A stretch of 64,000 bases of DNA. Origin: Camelus ferus (lineage: Eukaryota). Within the stretch, counting starts at the first letter, position 1. Each line of letters begins with the position of its first letter. The translations under genes were made by a program, and so were the position numbers. A model generated the notes under the pieces. The model had not been told where the DNA came from and made no database searches. It saw nothing but the letters and a program-made list of their open reading frames with translations. The stretch is taken from assembly GCF_009834535.1 (NCBI RefSeq), contig NC_045696.1, forward strand, positions 115,818,001 to 115,882,000, given 5' to 3'. Of the stretch, positions 27,236 through 38,065 are shown piece by piece.

Positions 27236-28194
27236 AGAATAGAGAGCCCAGAAATGAACCCACAAACTTTTGGTCAACTCATCTTCGACAAAGGAGGCAA
27301 GAATATACAATGGAATAAAGACAGTCTCTTCAGCAAATGGTGTTGGGAAAACTGGACAGCAGCATGTGAATCAATGAAGCTAGAACACTCCCTCACACCA
27401 CACACAAAAGTCAACTCAAAATGGATCAAACACTTAAACATAAGACAAGATACAATAAACCTCCTAGAGGAAAATATAGGCAAAACATTATCTGACATAC
27501 ATCTCAAAAATTTTCTCCTAGAAGAAATAAAAGCAAGAATAAACAAATGGGACCTAATGAAACTTACAAGCTTCTGCACAGCAAAGGAAACCAGAAGGAA
27601 AACAAAAAGACAACCTACGGAATGGGAGAAAATTTTTGCAAATGAAACCGCCAAAGGCTTGATCTCTAGAATATACAAGCAGCTCATACGACTTAATAAG
27701 AAACAACCAAACAACCCAATCCAAAAATGGGCAGAAGACCTAAACAAGCAATTCTCCAAGGAAGACATACAAATGATCAATAAGCACATGAAAAAATGCT
27801 CAATATCGCTAATTATCAGAGAAATGCAAATCAAAACTACAATGAGGTATCACCTCACACCAGTCAGAATGGCCATCATTCAAACGCCCACAAATGACAA
27901 ATGCTGGAGAGGGTGTGGAGAAAGGGGAACCCTCCTACACTGCTGGTGGGAATGCAGTTTGGTGCAGCCACTATGGAAAAGTGTGGAGATTCCTCAAAAG
28001 ACTAGGGATAGACTTACCATATGACCCAGGAATCCCGCTCCTGGGCATATATCCAGAAGGGACCCTACTTCAAAATGACACCTGCACCCCAATGTTCATT
28101 GCAGCACTATTTACAATAGCCAAGACATAGGAACAACCTAAATGTCCATCAACATTGTAAAATGATTATAAATCAATAAAAAATGTTAAAAAAA
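27236..28194 (+). mobile_element. Young L1 ORF2 3' fragment, 5'-truncated, lacking most of its 3' UTR, with TSD
   Basis: ORF 27230..28024 is clearly L1 ORF2 ([41 protein letters not shown]). A frameshift occurs near 27980. The TSD is aaactac[t/a]tggag at 27223-27235 and 28195-28207. Confidence 0.95.
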
Positions 28195-28462
28195 AAACTA
28201 CATGGAGGACACAGGTCAAAAGTTTATTGTTATGAAGATTTTAAGTGTTTTTCTTTTTAAAATGTGAATTCCAATAACATTTAAAAACTAGACTCCTACC
28301 TGTAGATTAAAATGAATTAAAAAATACAAAATCATGTACTACGCTCTCTCACAAGGATGGTACATATCACAAGAATAAGTTTCTTTGTGATGTGATATGA
28401 AACAGGGATATAGATGCTTTTTAGTCAGGAGATGGGGACTTGGGTGTTTAAAGGTCATTACA

Positions 28463-28520
28463 AAAAATAAAATTAAATATAAATAAATAAATAAATAATT
28501 TTTTAAAAAAAAATTTTTAA
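28463..28520 (+). mobile_element. A/T-only insertion flanked by a perfect 13-bp TSD
   Basis: aaaggtcattaca at 28450-28462 and 28521-28533, with an upstream ttt|aaag L1-endonuclease-like site. Confidence 0.75.
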
Positions 28521-28882
28521 AAAGGTCATTACAGACCATATTGGATTGAGGGTTGCAAAGAAGGTAGCAAGCTCTTTTCTTCCAGCAAACTTTAATTGAG
28601 GAAGAATGATCACATCTGTGTATTGGCTTAGGTACCTCCTGGTCTAAAGACAAAGAAAATTGGTCATTTCTGAGCATCGTCTCCTTCCTAGAACTTACAC
28701 ATGTATTTGTGTGGGAACTAGGGCTCTTAATGACCCGAAGGAGACCAAAATCATTTACATCAGTACTGTCCTTTACATCCTATTTTCCTGCTGAATCATC
28801 TGTTTTGCACATTCCTTTGGAAAGAGGTAACTAATTATTGCTGTAGTCCCCACATTCTTCTATTTGCCTGAAATTTCATGGC

Positions 28883-28910
28883 AAAAAAAAAAAAAAAAAA
28901 AAAAAAAAAA
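28883..28910. repeat. Poly(A) tract, 28 nt
   Basis: Uninterrupted A run. Confidence 0.95.
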
Positions 28911-29737
28911 CCCAAGGAGGGGGAACCTGGCATTTAACATTTCAGTAAAAATGAGGTTACACTCTTTTAAATGTTCATTGTCTATAACAACTTGAACTTG
29001 AGAATAAATCATTCCACCTTAATCTCTAAGAGTTCCAGCATGACGCATGTGTCGCAAAAATATTTCAATGCCTGTGCTCTCAAGCACAACCGAAAAATAA
29101 ACTGGAAATCTGGCTGGGAAAAAAACAGAACAGGAAGCAAATGGATGTTAGTTCTAGGGAGAAACACAGGATTAAGGAGCTGAGTAATACCCCATTTGTG
29201 AAGGAAATGTGACTCTAGAGTGGCAGATACAAAATGGATTCATGTCTTTTAAAAAGGCTTGACCAAATGAAAAGAATTCAATCAGGGCTTACAAAGGGTG
29301 AGCCACCACCAAAGGAATTGAGGCTTAGAGTCATTTGCTGTGATGGAGAGACCAAGGAAGTGAAGACTCAGAGGAAAGAAGTTGTCTGTGTATATTAAGA
29401 TTTACTAAAGTTATAAAGAATATACATCTGAGTGGCTGTTAGAATAGGGCAGCAGGTGCTTCTCCCTGAGTGAAGCCCTGACTGTGTACAAGAGAGGAAA
29501 CAATGAGACAACTGTGAACAGGCAAGCAGTTAAAACCACCAAGTGGGTTTTCCCACCCCCAGTGAAGGTTAGTGAATGTGCCACGGGTGCATCTCAGGGA
29601 AGCGTGACACTAACTCTGAAAATCAACACTTGCCTAACCATGAGTCAAATCCTAAATTAAGAAATTAGGCCAGTGTTAAAATAATCACGTCTCAGTGCCC
29701 ACACCATCATAATCTGAAAAAGAAAGGTGCTGTGTCT

Positions 29738-29825
29738 GACTCACAGACACAGAAAACAAACTTACGGTTCCCAAAGGGGAAGGCGGGGGGAGGGACAAGT
29801 CAGGAGTTTGGTTTTAGCAGATACA

Positions 29826-29866
<41 letters not shown>

Positions 29867-30181
29867 ATGGATAAACTAGGTCCTATTGTACAGCACAGGG
29901 ATTATATTCAACATCTTATAATAATCTATAATGAAAGATAATATATATGTAAAACTGAATCACTATTCTGTACACAAGGAACTAATACAGCATTGTAAAT
30001 CAACTATACGTCAATAGGGAAGAAAGAAGGAGGAAGGAAGAAGAGGAAGAAAGAGAAGAAAGAAAAGAAAGAAAGAAAAAAGAAAGAAAGAAGAAGAAAG
30101 AAAAGAAAGAAGAAGGAGGAGAAAGAAGAAGAAGAAGAAGAAGAAGAGATGAGAAGAGGGAAAAAGAGAGATGAGAAGGAA
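29738..30181 (+). mobile_element. L1 3' UTR fragment with internal (TA)n and a tail converted to a GAA/GAAA-rich tract
   Basis: Collinear with 5561-5840. Purine-rich tract at about 30016-30186. Diverged TSD aaaggtgctgtgtctgact (29723-29741) versus aaaggtactgtttctaact (30182-30200). Confidence 0.88.
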
Positions 30182-30499
30182 AAAGGTACTGTTTCTAACT
30201 ACTTGACACTCATAAAAAGACTTTGCAATAATGACTGATTGACTTTTATTTCTATTTTCAAGTAAATATTATCAAAATATTGACTGGCAGAGATGTTGAT
30301 CTGTCACTGAATTAATAAATGAGCTTCTGCCATTTGCCCACCCTCGTGAGTGCATGCGGAGGGGTGCGCTGGGGTGAGGGTGGGTGACGTTACATATACT
30401 GGTTACAATCACAGGTGCTCAGGAGACCCTGCGGCGGGACAGCTGAACGACTCACTCAGCAAGTAAGTGTCTACACTACTGCTCCAGGTGCCTCCCGCG

Positions 30500-30590
30500 G
30501 GCCAGCTATTATCAGCAACCCCTGAAGCTCATGGGACATGCAGAATCTGAGGTCCCATCCAAGATTTAGTGAATCAGAACTTCTGGGCTG
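30500..30590 (+). mobile_element. MER5-like hAT fragment
   Basis: catgcagaatctgaggtcccatccaagatttagtgaatcagaac resembles the complete copy at 63224-63404. Confidence 0.6.
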
Positions 30591-31239
30591 GCATTCACTA
30601 TTTTTTCTTGCACTGTGCTATCAGGGTAAGTTATTTAAATTCTATTCTCACAGCTGAGTCTCCTATAAACTCAGATACACCCCTCAGCCTTGGCGGCATC
30701 TCTGGTAACGCTGGGGTCTTCCCGGTCGAGTACGTCTAATTTTATGTCTATCGTCTCCAGCCTGTTGCATCGGTTGGGCCCCTGCGGTAACACTGGGTCG
30801 CCCAGAAGCCTGCCGTCCAGTACCACTCACCCGCTTTGGCCTCCCAGCCCACAAGTGGTGTTGGTTTCTTCCTCGTGCTAATCTCTGGTTTACCGCACCA
30901 CCCCCTGCGCAGCTTGGCTCGACCGCCACCTGTGTAACTCATTCCCTGTCTTCGATTCTGCCATTTGTAAATACTTAGAGTGACTTTTCTTTTTGCAGTT
31001 GAACACTAACTGATAAATATGCTTAGTGATTTTTTTTTTTTTCCTATTCGCTTTCTTCTTTTCCTGTCCCTTCTTCTGTTTTAGTATTTTCAAAACATCT
31101 AGGTCAGTCTTTTTGTTTCCTGGCTCTCCCACTTCCTATCTATGTGAGCTTGTTTCTCCCTGAGCCAGTTTCTTCAGCTGTAAAATAGGAATCCAGTTCC
31201 CCTACGTGTTAAGAAGAAATGCGAGAGTACAGTAGTTAT

Positions 31240-31575
31240 GACTACTGAGTCTGGAGACAGACCGCAGATCTCAAATCCTGGCTCCACCCCTTTCTAGCTG
31301 TGTGATTTAAGCAAGTAGTTTGATATGTGTGAGCCTCAGTTTTCTCTCTAAAATATGAATAATTATTTTTAAATTTGCATAAAACTGTTTTAATTTTTTT
31401 TTTGATGGAGGTACTCGGTTTTGAAACCAGGACTTCGTGCATGCTAAGCAAGTGCTCTACCACTGAGCTATACCCTCCCCCCATAAAACTGTTTTAAGGA
31501 CTAAATGAGATAACAGATACGAAACATTTAGTAGAGTGCCTGCTACCCAGCAAATGCTCAGTATTTGTTATTATC
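31240..31575 (+). mobile_element. MIR interrupted by a tRNA-derived SINE
   Basis: ctggagacagacc...tcaaatcctggctccacc...tgagcctcagttttctc, resuming after the SINE as aaggactaaatgagataa...agtgcctg. Confidence 0.8.
31394..31482 (-). mobile_element. tRNA-derived short SINE (camelid Vic-1 type)
   Basis: The minus strand reads gggggagggtatagctcagtggtagagcacttgcttagcatgcacgaagtcctggtttcaaaaccgagtacctccatc plus an A tail. It has an A box, a degenerate B box and a perfect 15-bp TSD ataaaactgttttaa (31379-31393, 31483-31497). Confidence 0.9.
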
Positions 31576-31799
31576 ATGACCATCAAAATTACTATCACAG
31601 TTATCATAATAATCATAATTCAGGGAGAACACTGCCCCCTTTTTACTCCTTTCTCTCTCCTTTCCACTTTTTAAAAATCATTTCCCTTCCTATTCCTGTT
31701 TTTGAACTACTGGTAAACATTATCATGAAGTTGACTTACTTTTTTTTTTAACTTACCTCATAAAACGCTTTCCGTGAGATTTTTAAATTAGGCGAAAAC

Positions 31800-32392
31800 A
31801 AAAATTGCAGGGTAGTGTCCACAGTGCTGTTGTTCATAGCCTAAAACAAACACTCATCACAGCACGAAGAGAAATGTCGCTGGTATATGACGGAGCAACG
31901 AGAATCAGCAAACCACAACCATAGGCAACAACGTGGATAAATCTCACAATCACTATGTTGAGCAAAAGAAACCGGGTACGAAGGAGGACGGCGAACGATT
32001 CCATTTAACCCGCAAACTAATCTATGAGGTCAGAAGTCAGAATAACAGTGGTGACTTGGTGACTAGAGGGGAGAACACAGGATGATTTCTTTTTTTATTA
32101 TTGAAGTATGGTTGATTTCCAATGTTGTGTTAATTTCTGGTGTACAGCACAGTGATTTTCATACTCTTTTTCATTATAGGCTATTATAAAGTATTGAATA
32201 TGGTTCCCTGTGCCATACAGTGGGACCTTGCTCATCATCTATTTTATATATCGTAGTGCGTATCTGCATATCCGGAACTAAGGTCACGTTTTGTTACTCT
32301 TGTCTGCTTTTTATCCCACAGGTGCACTCAGTGAAAATTCACGGAGCTGAACACATATCTGTGCATGTTTCTCTGTATTTATTTTAATTCAA
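31800..32392 (+). mobile_element. L1ME-like 3' end, unusually CpG-rich, interrupted by a young L1 fragment
   Basis: gcaacaacgtggataaatctcacaa...atgttgagcaaaagaa...tcagaagtcag is collinear with 58790-59190. Confidence 0.75.
32090..32275 (-). mobile_element. Lineage-specific L1 3' UTR fragment
   Basis: Reverse complement of the L1 end: ttattgaagtatggttgatttccaatgttgtgttaatttctggtgtacagc. Confidence 0.88.
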
Positions 32393-32699
32393 TAGACACA
32401 CACACAGAGGGCAGGAAGACTATTATTATGTCTAGTATTACATCGAGAAAAATGAACAACCTAACATGGGTTGTTTTGTGTTTATGCCATCAAATTACTT
32501 TCCCTTCTGATACTCTCAGTAATTACAAAGCACACTTTGTGACTACAGAGCTACCACTGCTTTTCCACTTTTTTTTTGTAGCACATGAATGGGATCAGGA
32601 GCAATTGTTGTTAATTGTATCTCATGGTTCCTGGGGGAAAATACAAATTATGTAAAATGGTTGGGGTCTGAAACAAAGTATCCAACTTCAAGATAGCCA

Positions 32700-32900
32700 A
32701 ACAGGCATTGCTTCAAGTCCCAGTTCTTTTGCTTCTTTACTAAGAGCCTCGTGAGAAATCACAAACTCCTCCTGTGCCCCAGTTTCTCCGTCTGTAAAAT
32801 ATTAATGATGCTACCACACAGCCACCTGCCCAGAGTTGCACATGAGGGGTCCACGTGGAAGCCTTTTGAAAGGCAAATGTGCTGTCTGAACCCAAATATT
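32700..32900 (+). mobile_element. MIR fragment
   Basis: ttcaagtcccagttct...cctgtgccccagtttctccgtctgtaaaat. Confidence 0.65.
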
Positions 32901-34329
32901 CACACAAGGAATGAGCGTATGTAGGACCCGTCACAATGTGTTCACATCACAGTTAATTTTTTTAAAGGCACACAACTTTATACTAACATTCCTATTTCTT
33001 TATCTTCCTCATCTTACACGTCTAATTCAAGTATCACTCCCCCATCCCTCTTCCAAGGAAGAATCATTTTTCACATATATGTTCTCAGTGTAACTTAGGC
33101 ACACTTCTATCCCAGAATGGATACCTTATTCTAGCCCATTTTTCATGATCTGTTTCTGTGGCTTTCCTGGCACAAGGACTCCAGCTTTTTCATCCTAACA
33201 AATGCCCAATACAGCACAGAACAGGGGTTTCATCCATGTTGGTTTGAGATGGTGTCAGAATTCCTTAAAGAGTGTTCCAAATGCTTAACTGATTCAGTAA
33301 TTCTAGTTGTTCTTATGTACTCTCTGTGGGGTGTGGTTTTAAATTTTATGCAAATATCATGTATACTTCTCTGGAAGAAGGCATGGAATGACGAACATTC
33401 AGCACTACCTCAATAAACTCTCATGATGTGCATTACGAGGCAACTCACAAAGTCGTCCCCATTGTGAGCGTCCTATTGTAGGGTAGAAAAGCCCTTAGTG
33501 GAAATGCCATAGAAGTTATAATGCCCTTTGTAACAAAAAGACTGAATCCAGTGGCATTTTGCAGCCTTCCTGTATTGTAATTGAATATTTTATTTCCTTT
33601 AAAAAAAAATGTTGTGACCTTTGTCTCCCCACTGTATGCCAGATTTAGGCTTGAATGGTTTAGAGAAATTGCAGTTTCACTGAAACTTGCCCTACAGAGT
33701 CAGAAATTCAAGACTCTGCCACTTTGCTGAGATGGACTCAAGCGATAAGCAGAGGTCAGATGGCTGGAAGGGTAGGCTGGAATAAAAGTGCTCACCTGGG
33801 GTGACTTAGCTATGAAATGGGCTCTACTGCATAACTTAGGTAATGTGGCAGGCTAGTGTTTGAGAACCTGGCTTTATAATAAAGGAAGGGATGGAGAGCT
33901 GGAATCCCATCCAACTGGGATACGAAGCCAACTGACATTGCTTTGATCATTTTGGTCCAATGAGCATTTCATCATCACTTTGTGGAAGGAGACTTGTACT
34001 ATGACTCCAAACCGAGCAGCAATTTTAAACTCTCCTGACCTAACTTCTGTAAGATGCTTCTGCCACATCAGTGATGACTTATAAGTACAAGCTTAGGTCA
34101 GGGAACTAAAATCAGGAGACTCAGTCTCCGGTTCTGCGAGCCTGCACTGAATGGCTCTGTCCAACTTCAACCATGCATGGTGGGGCCAATGCAGGGCACC
34201 TCAGTGACAGGTTACACTTTATTCAAAGAGCAACGATCTCTAGTGGTGATGAGGACAGTTCGCTCAAGCTCGTGAGTGCAGGCAGATTCCTGAGAAATGA
34301 AGGGCACACACCTTTTAGAGAAGAGATAG

Positions 34330-34860
34330 TTTTGAGATAAAACTTGTTTCTTTGAAATTAAGTGAAAGCTTGCTTTCACATAATTTATAGTCAATTTTCA
34401 TACATATTTCAAGTGTGCGCTTCAAAGAAATGAGTATTCTCCATTTCGTGCCTTTATTAATCTGTGCATATATGTTACATTAAGATTGTTAATTGTGCTG
34501 TTCACATGTTCTATATCCTTATTTTACTGACATTTTATCTGCTTGATCCGTTGATTTAGGAAGGTATGTGGCAGTCTTCCACCCTGAATTTATGTATATA
34601 TAAATATATATAATCAAATATATATAAATTAAATTATTATACTTTTCTTGGTAAATTGAAGTGCTTATCAATACGTAATTACTTTCTTCATCTCCAATAA
34701 TTATTTTAACTTAAAGTCCATTTTGTCTGATAATTATATACTTAAACCAGCTTCCTTCTGGTTAACATTTGCCTCATTTTAGTCCATCTTTTTTTTTCTA
34801 TTTTTCTGTGAACTTTATTATGTGCATTCCAACCACATTTATCTTTTAACTAGTGATTTA
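34330..34860 (-). mobile_element. Old L1M ORF2 (endonuclease region) remnant, minus strand
   Basis: T-rich, with gtgctgttcacatgttctatatcctta and ttaaagtccattttgtctgata...ccagcttccttctggtta. Confidence 0.65.
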
Positions 34861-35049
34861 TTTATGTTGCTTTATATGAATATATGAGTGCATATATCTT
34901 ATTATATATAATATACACATATATTATCATAGTTATCATTTTTAAGTATTTTGTTTTTATTTTTTGTTATTCTGTTTTCTTTCCACTGTTTCTATTTTTG
35001 TTGATTACCTTAAAATCTCAATTAGCAAATTTTTAAAACATAAACAGTC

Positions 35050-35910
35050 CTTAAAGAAAGATGGGATAAAATAATAAATGTGAAGATAGAATTATTAAAA
35101 ACTGAACAAAATATTGGCCTTGTTAAGTAGGTTCAAAGGCTGACCTTTAATGGAATAAAGGGTTGGACATACCTCTGTTAAAATTCATCAAGGAAAAAGA
35201 ATTCACAAAAGAAATGTAACAATACAGAAGAAATTAAAAATGACCAAGAAAATATTATTCTCAAAGCTATAAAAAATCTCCATGAAGTAGATAATTTCCT
35301 TGGAAAATATATCATTCTAAAATTATTCTAAAAGAAGGAGTACTCTTAAAAATTATTAGTGATATATGTAGAAATTGAAAAAGTTATAAAATAATTATCT
35401 CCAAATAAACCTTTGGTAATCAGGCCATTTTATGCTGAGTTCTTCTGCATTTTCAAGGAAAAACCAATTTGAATGTAATATAAAGTGTGTCAGCATATTT
35501 TTAAAGATTAAAAAATCAATTCATGTAAAATGGGATGGCATTATTTTGATACCAAAATGCAGCAATAATAGCAAAATAAAAGAGAACTAACTCTATGTCC
35601 ATCTTCCTTATAAACACAAGTGCAAAAAAAAAAATTCAAAAGGAAACATTAATAGAATAAAACAGTACTTAAAAAATATTCATCCTGACCAAGCATGACT
35701 TTTTTTTTCAAAAAAGAAGTCTGTTCTAATATTAGGAAATTTACTAGTAGAATATAATACATAAGAAAACAGAGTATATAAAGTATAGAGAGAGAATATA
35801 AAACAATTATCTCAATAGAGGATAAAAAGGCATTTTGTAACCATTCAAGACAACCACAGATGGCAAATAGCTTGATCCATTTGCGGAACAGCAAGCATAA
35901 TGACTGACAA
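35050..35910 (+). mobile_element. Old L1M ORF2 remnant, plus strand
   Basis: A-rich, with atgaagtagataatttccttggaaaatat and attatctcaatagaggataaaaaggcatttt. Confidence 0.65.
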
Positions 35911-36029
35911 TAAGAATGCAAGTTCCTTCTGGAAGATAAGAAGAGAGAGATAACAGGAACGTCGTGGAGGGTTTTGTATTAACAAAAGCTTGACGGCCAC
36001 GGATCACCACCGAAGACCATTGCGCGGAG

Positions 36030-37500
36030 GTGTTCTCTGATTAGCCTGACATTCAGTAAGCTGACTCCAACAGCAGTGCAGGAGACAGGTGGTAGAGAAA
36101 CCGAACTAGAGGCGAGAAAACTAGTTAGGTATAAGACAATTCTATCGGTGCATGAGAAAAGTAACCAAATCTGAGTTAACCTGGTGGCATTGGGAATGGT
36201 ATCGACAGAGATATGAAAGTTTGATTTCCTTGATGATGTGCCTTCATGAATGTGAAAAGTGACGGAGAAGGAATAATCTGGTTTCATCTGCCTTTGGGTG
36301 GATGGTGGGGCCATTCATTAGGTTGGGGAAAATCAGAGGGAGTCCGTATGTTCAGTGGCATTTTGATGTCATTTGGGGTCTGTGGTTGCTCATTAATTGT
36401 ATATTAAATGATGGGGAAAGAAAGCTCTGGGTAAGGCAGACATTTATGAGGAAAACAGAAACAGCCAGTAATGATTTGGGAGGGAAACTTGTAAACACAC
36501 AAATGCATGAGCTAACACGTAAGATTGGATTATTAAGTCTGATTGATACAAATTAGTGATTTTTTTTCCCCCACGATCAGACTTTTCAAATAATTTGAAG
36601 GGTACAATCAAACTAGAGGCACAGGGAAAGCAGGGAGAGGCCGGGGATATTGAGGTGGCTCCCTGGTTGTGTCCTTCCAACAATGGACGGGAACTCTCCA
36701 GTCCAAAGCAGATAAAGGCTCATGATTTATGAAGGTTACAGTGAGGAGAGCTTAGATTATAACACATTTCCATTTTATATCTCAAATGGCCAACTAGCTT
36801 ATGTGATATAGTCCAGTGAGCCATGCATCTAGATTTTAAACCCTTGACCCATAGCAATTGCAAACCAGGAACATCGTGTTAAACACACTGTATAAATAAA
36901 GTCTCTCCTTCTAGCAAGTATCATTAGTTTACTTGCCTAGCAGTCTGCTTATCCTGGTTACAAGATTAGACAAGGTCATCTGTCTTACTTCCTTCCCAGA
37001 GTGTCCCACCTTCCTCCCTGGTGACGAAGGGAGGATGGAACTCAAGGAAAATGCTTTGTTTTCTGTCTTGCCACTGCATAAGTCAATGGAAGATGAAATC
37101 AACAAAGGAGGCAATTAGTACCGAACGTTGTTCACTTCAACTGAACAATAGCTAGGTTATTGGTTACCTTAGCAACATCAGTTTCAGGTCGAAATCAAGA
37201 AAACTTGCAGTCTGCTGCAAATTGTCATAAGCAGGAGAGAAGGAAATACTGAAATATAAATTTAAAAAAATTTTTTTAAATTTGAGAGAATGAGAGATAG
37301 GAACACAGAAGGGAAGGTGAAATCAAGTTTTTTTTTGGGGGGGGGTAGGTCAGATGTAAGTTTAGTTATTTATGTGCTGAAAACAAGAATCTAGCAGAGA
37401 GGAAATAATGAAGAGATAAGAAAAGAAGGGGGATCCTTATCCTTTGCATAAAAGAGTCATTCAGATATTTGGTGAGTGAGAGAAAGAGTAAATGAGTGAA
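36030..37500 (-). mobile_element. Degenerate L2 fragments
   Basis: tgggtggatggtggggccattcattagg and a reverse L2 tail with gagtaaatgagtgaatgg. The fragments are interspersed with unassigned DNA. Confidence 0.45.
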
Positions 37501-38065
37501 TGGCTAGAGCAAGGTCCATGATTGTCTACTGTTAAGGACTATCCATTTCACCGTACACCTTTGTTAGCCTGGACAGCAGATAGTATGTAGAGAGTAGGGC
37601 AAGTTAGCATACATACTATGAGGGATTTGATACAGATATGACAGTCCAATCAGAAAATACTCCTGATTGGTTCCTCTACACAATATTGAGTTCTGCAGAC
37701 CTCAGTCTCCCCATCTCATGCTCCTCGTGTCTCCTTGACATTCTTCTTTGTCTCAGCTGCCCCAAAGTGACAAATGTAGAATACTTATAATAAAGAAATG
37801 GACTGTAAAAATCTAGAGTTTTCTTCAACAAATTGAATCCTGTAAGTCTTGACTTCAAATATTGTATTCTGCTGTCAGATAATGTGTTCTATTATGAATA
37901 TGAAAATGTGGTGGACACACATCTAATGTAAAATGAGAATATATTAAGTCATATGATGCCTCATTTTCCTACATTCTCAGTTTCTGGTAAAATATCCAGC
38001 ATTCAATGAGAAATTGAGAGTGTAAGTTTTCTTACAACCCAGTTAATTCTTTAAAAATGGTTTAA

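Noticed and set aside
27274..27834. 186-aa minus-strand ORF
   Set aside because: It is the antisense shadow of L1 ORF2.
27230..28024. 264-aa ORF as a host gene or an active retrotransposon
   Set aside because: It is a 5'-truncated L1 ORF2 fragment with no endonuclease or RT domain, a non-ATG start inside the TSD and a frameshift.
30340..30960. Canonical CpG-island gene promoter
   Set aside because: The patch is short, discontinuous and overlaps repeat remnants, with no downstream exon. It is kept only as a CpG-anomaly finding.
31394..31482. Functional tRNA gene
   Set aside because: The B box and acceptor stem are degenerate, and the A tail and 15-bp TSD indicate a SINE.
37646..37670. Inverted CCAAT pair (ccaatcag...ctgattgg) as a promoter
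   Set aside because: It is only an 8-bp inverted repeat, with no CpG island or other promoter context.
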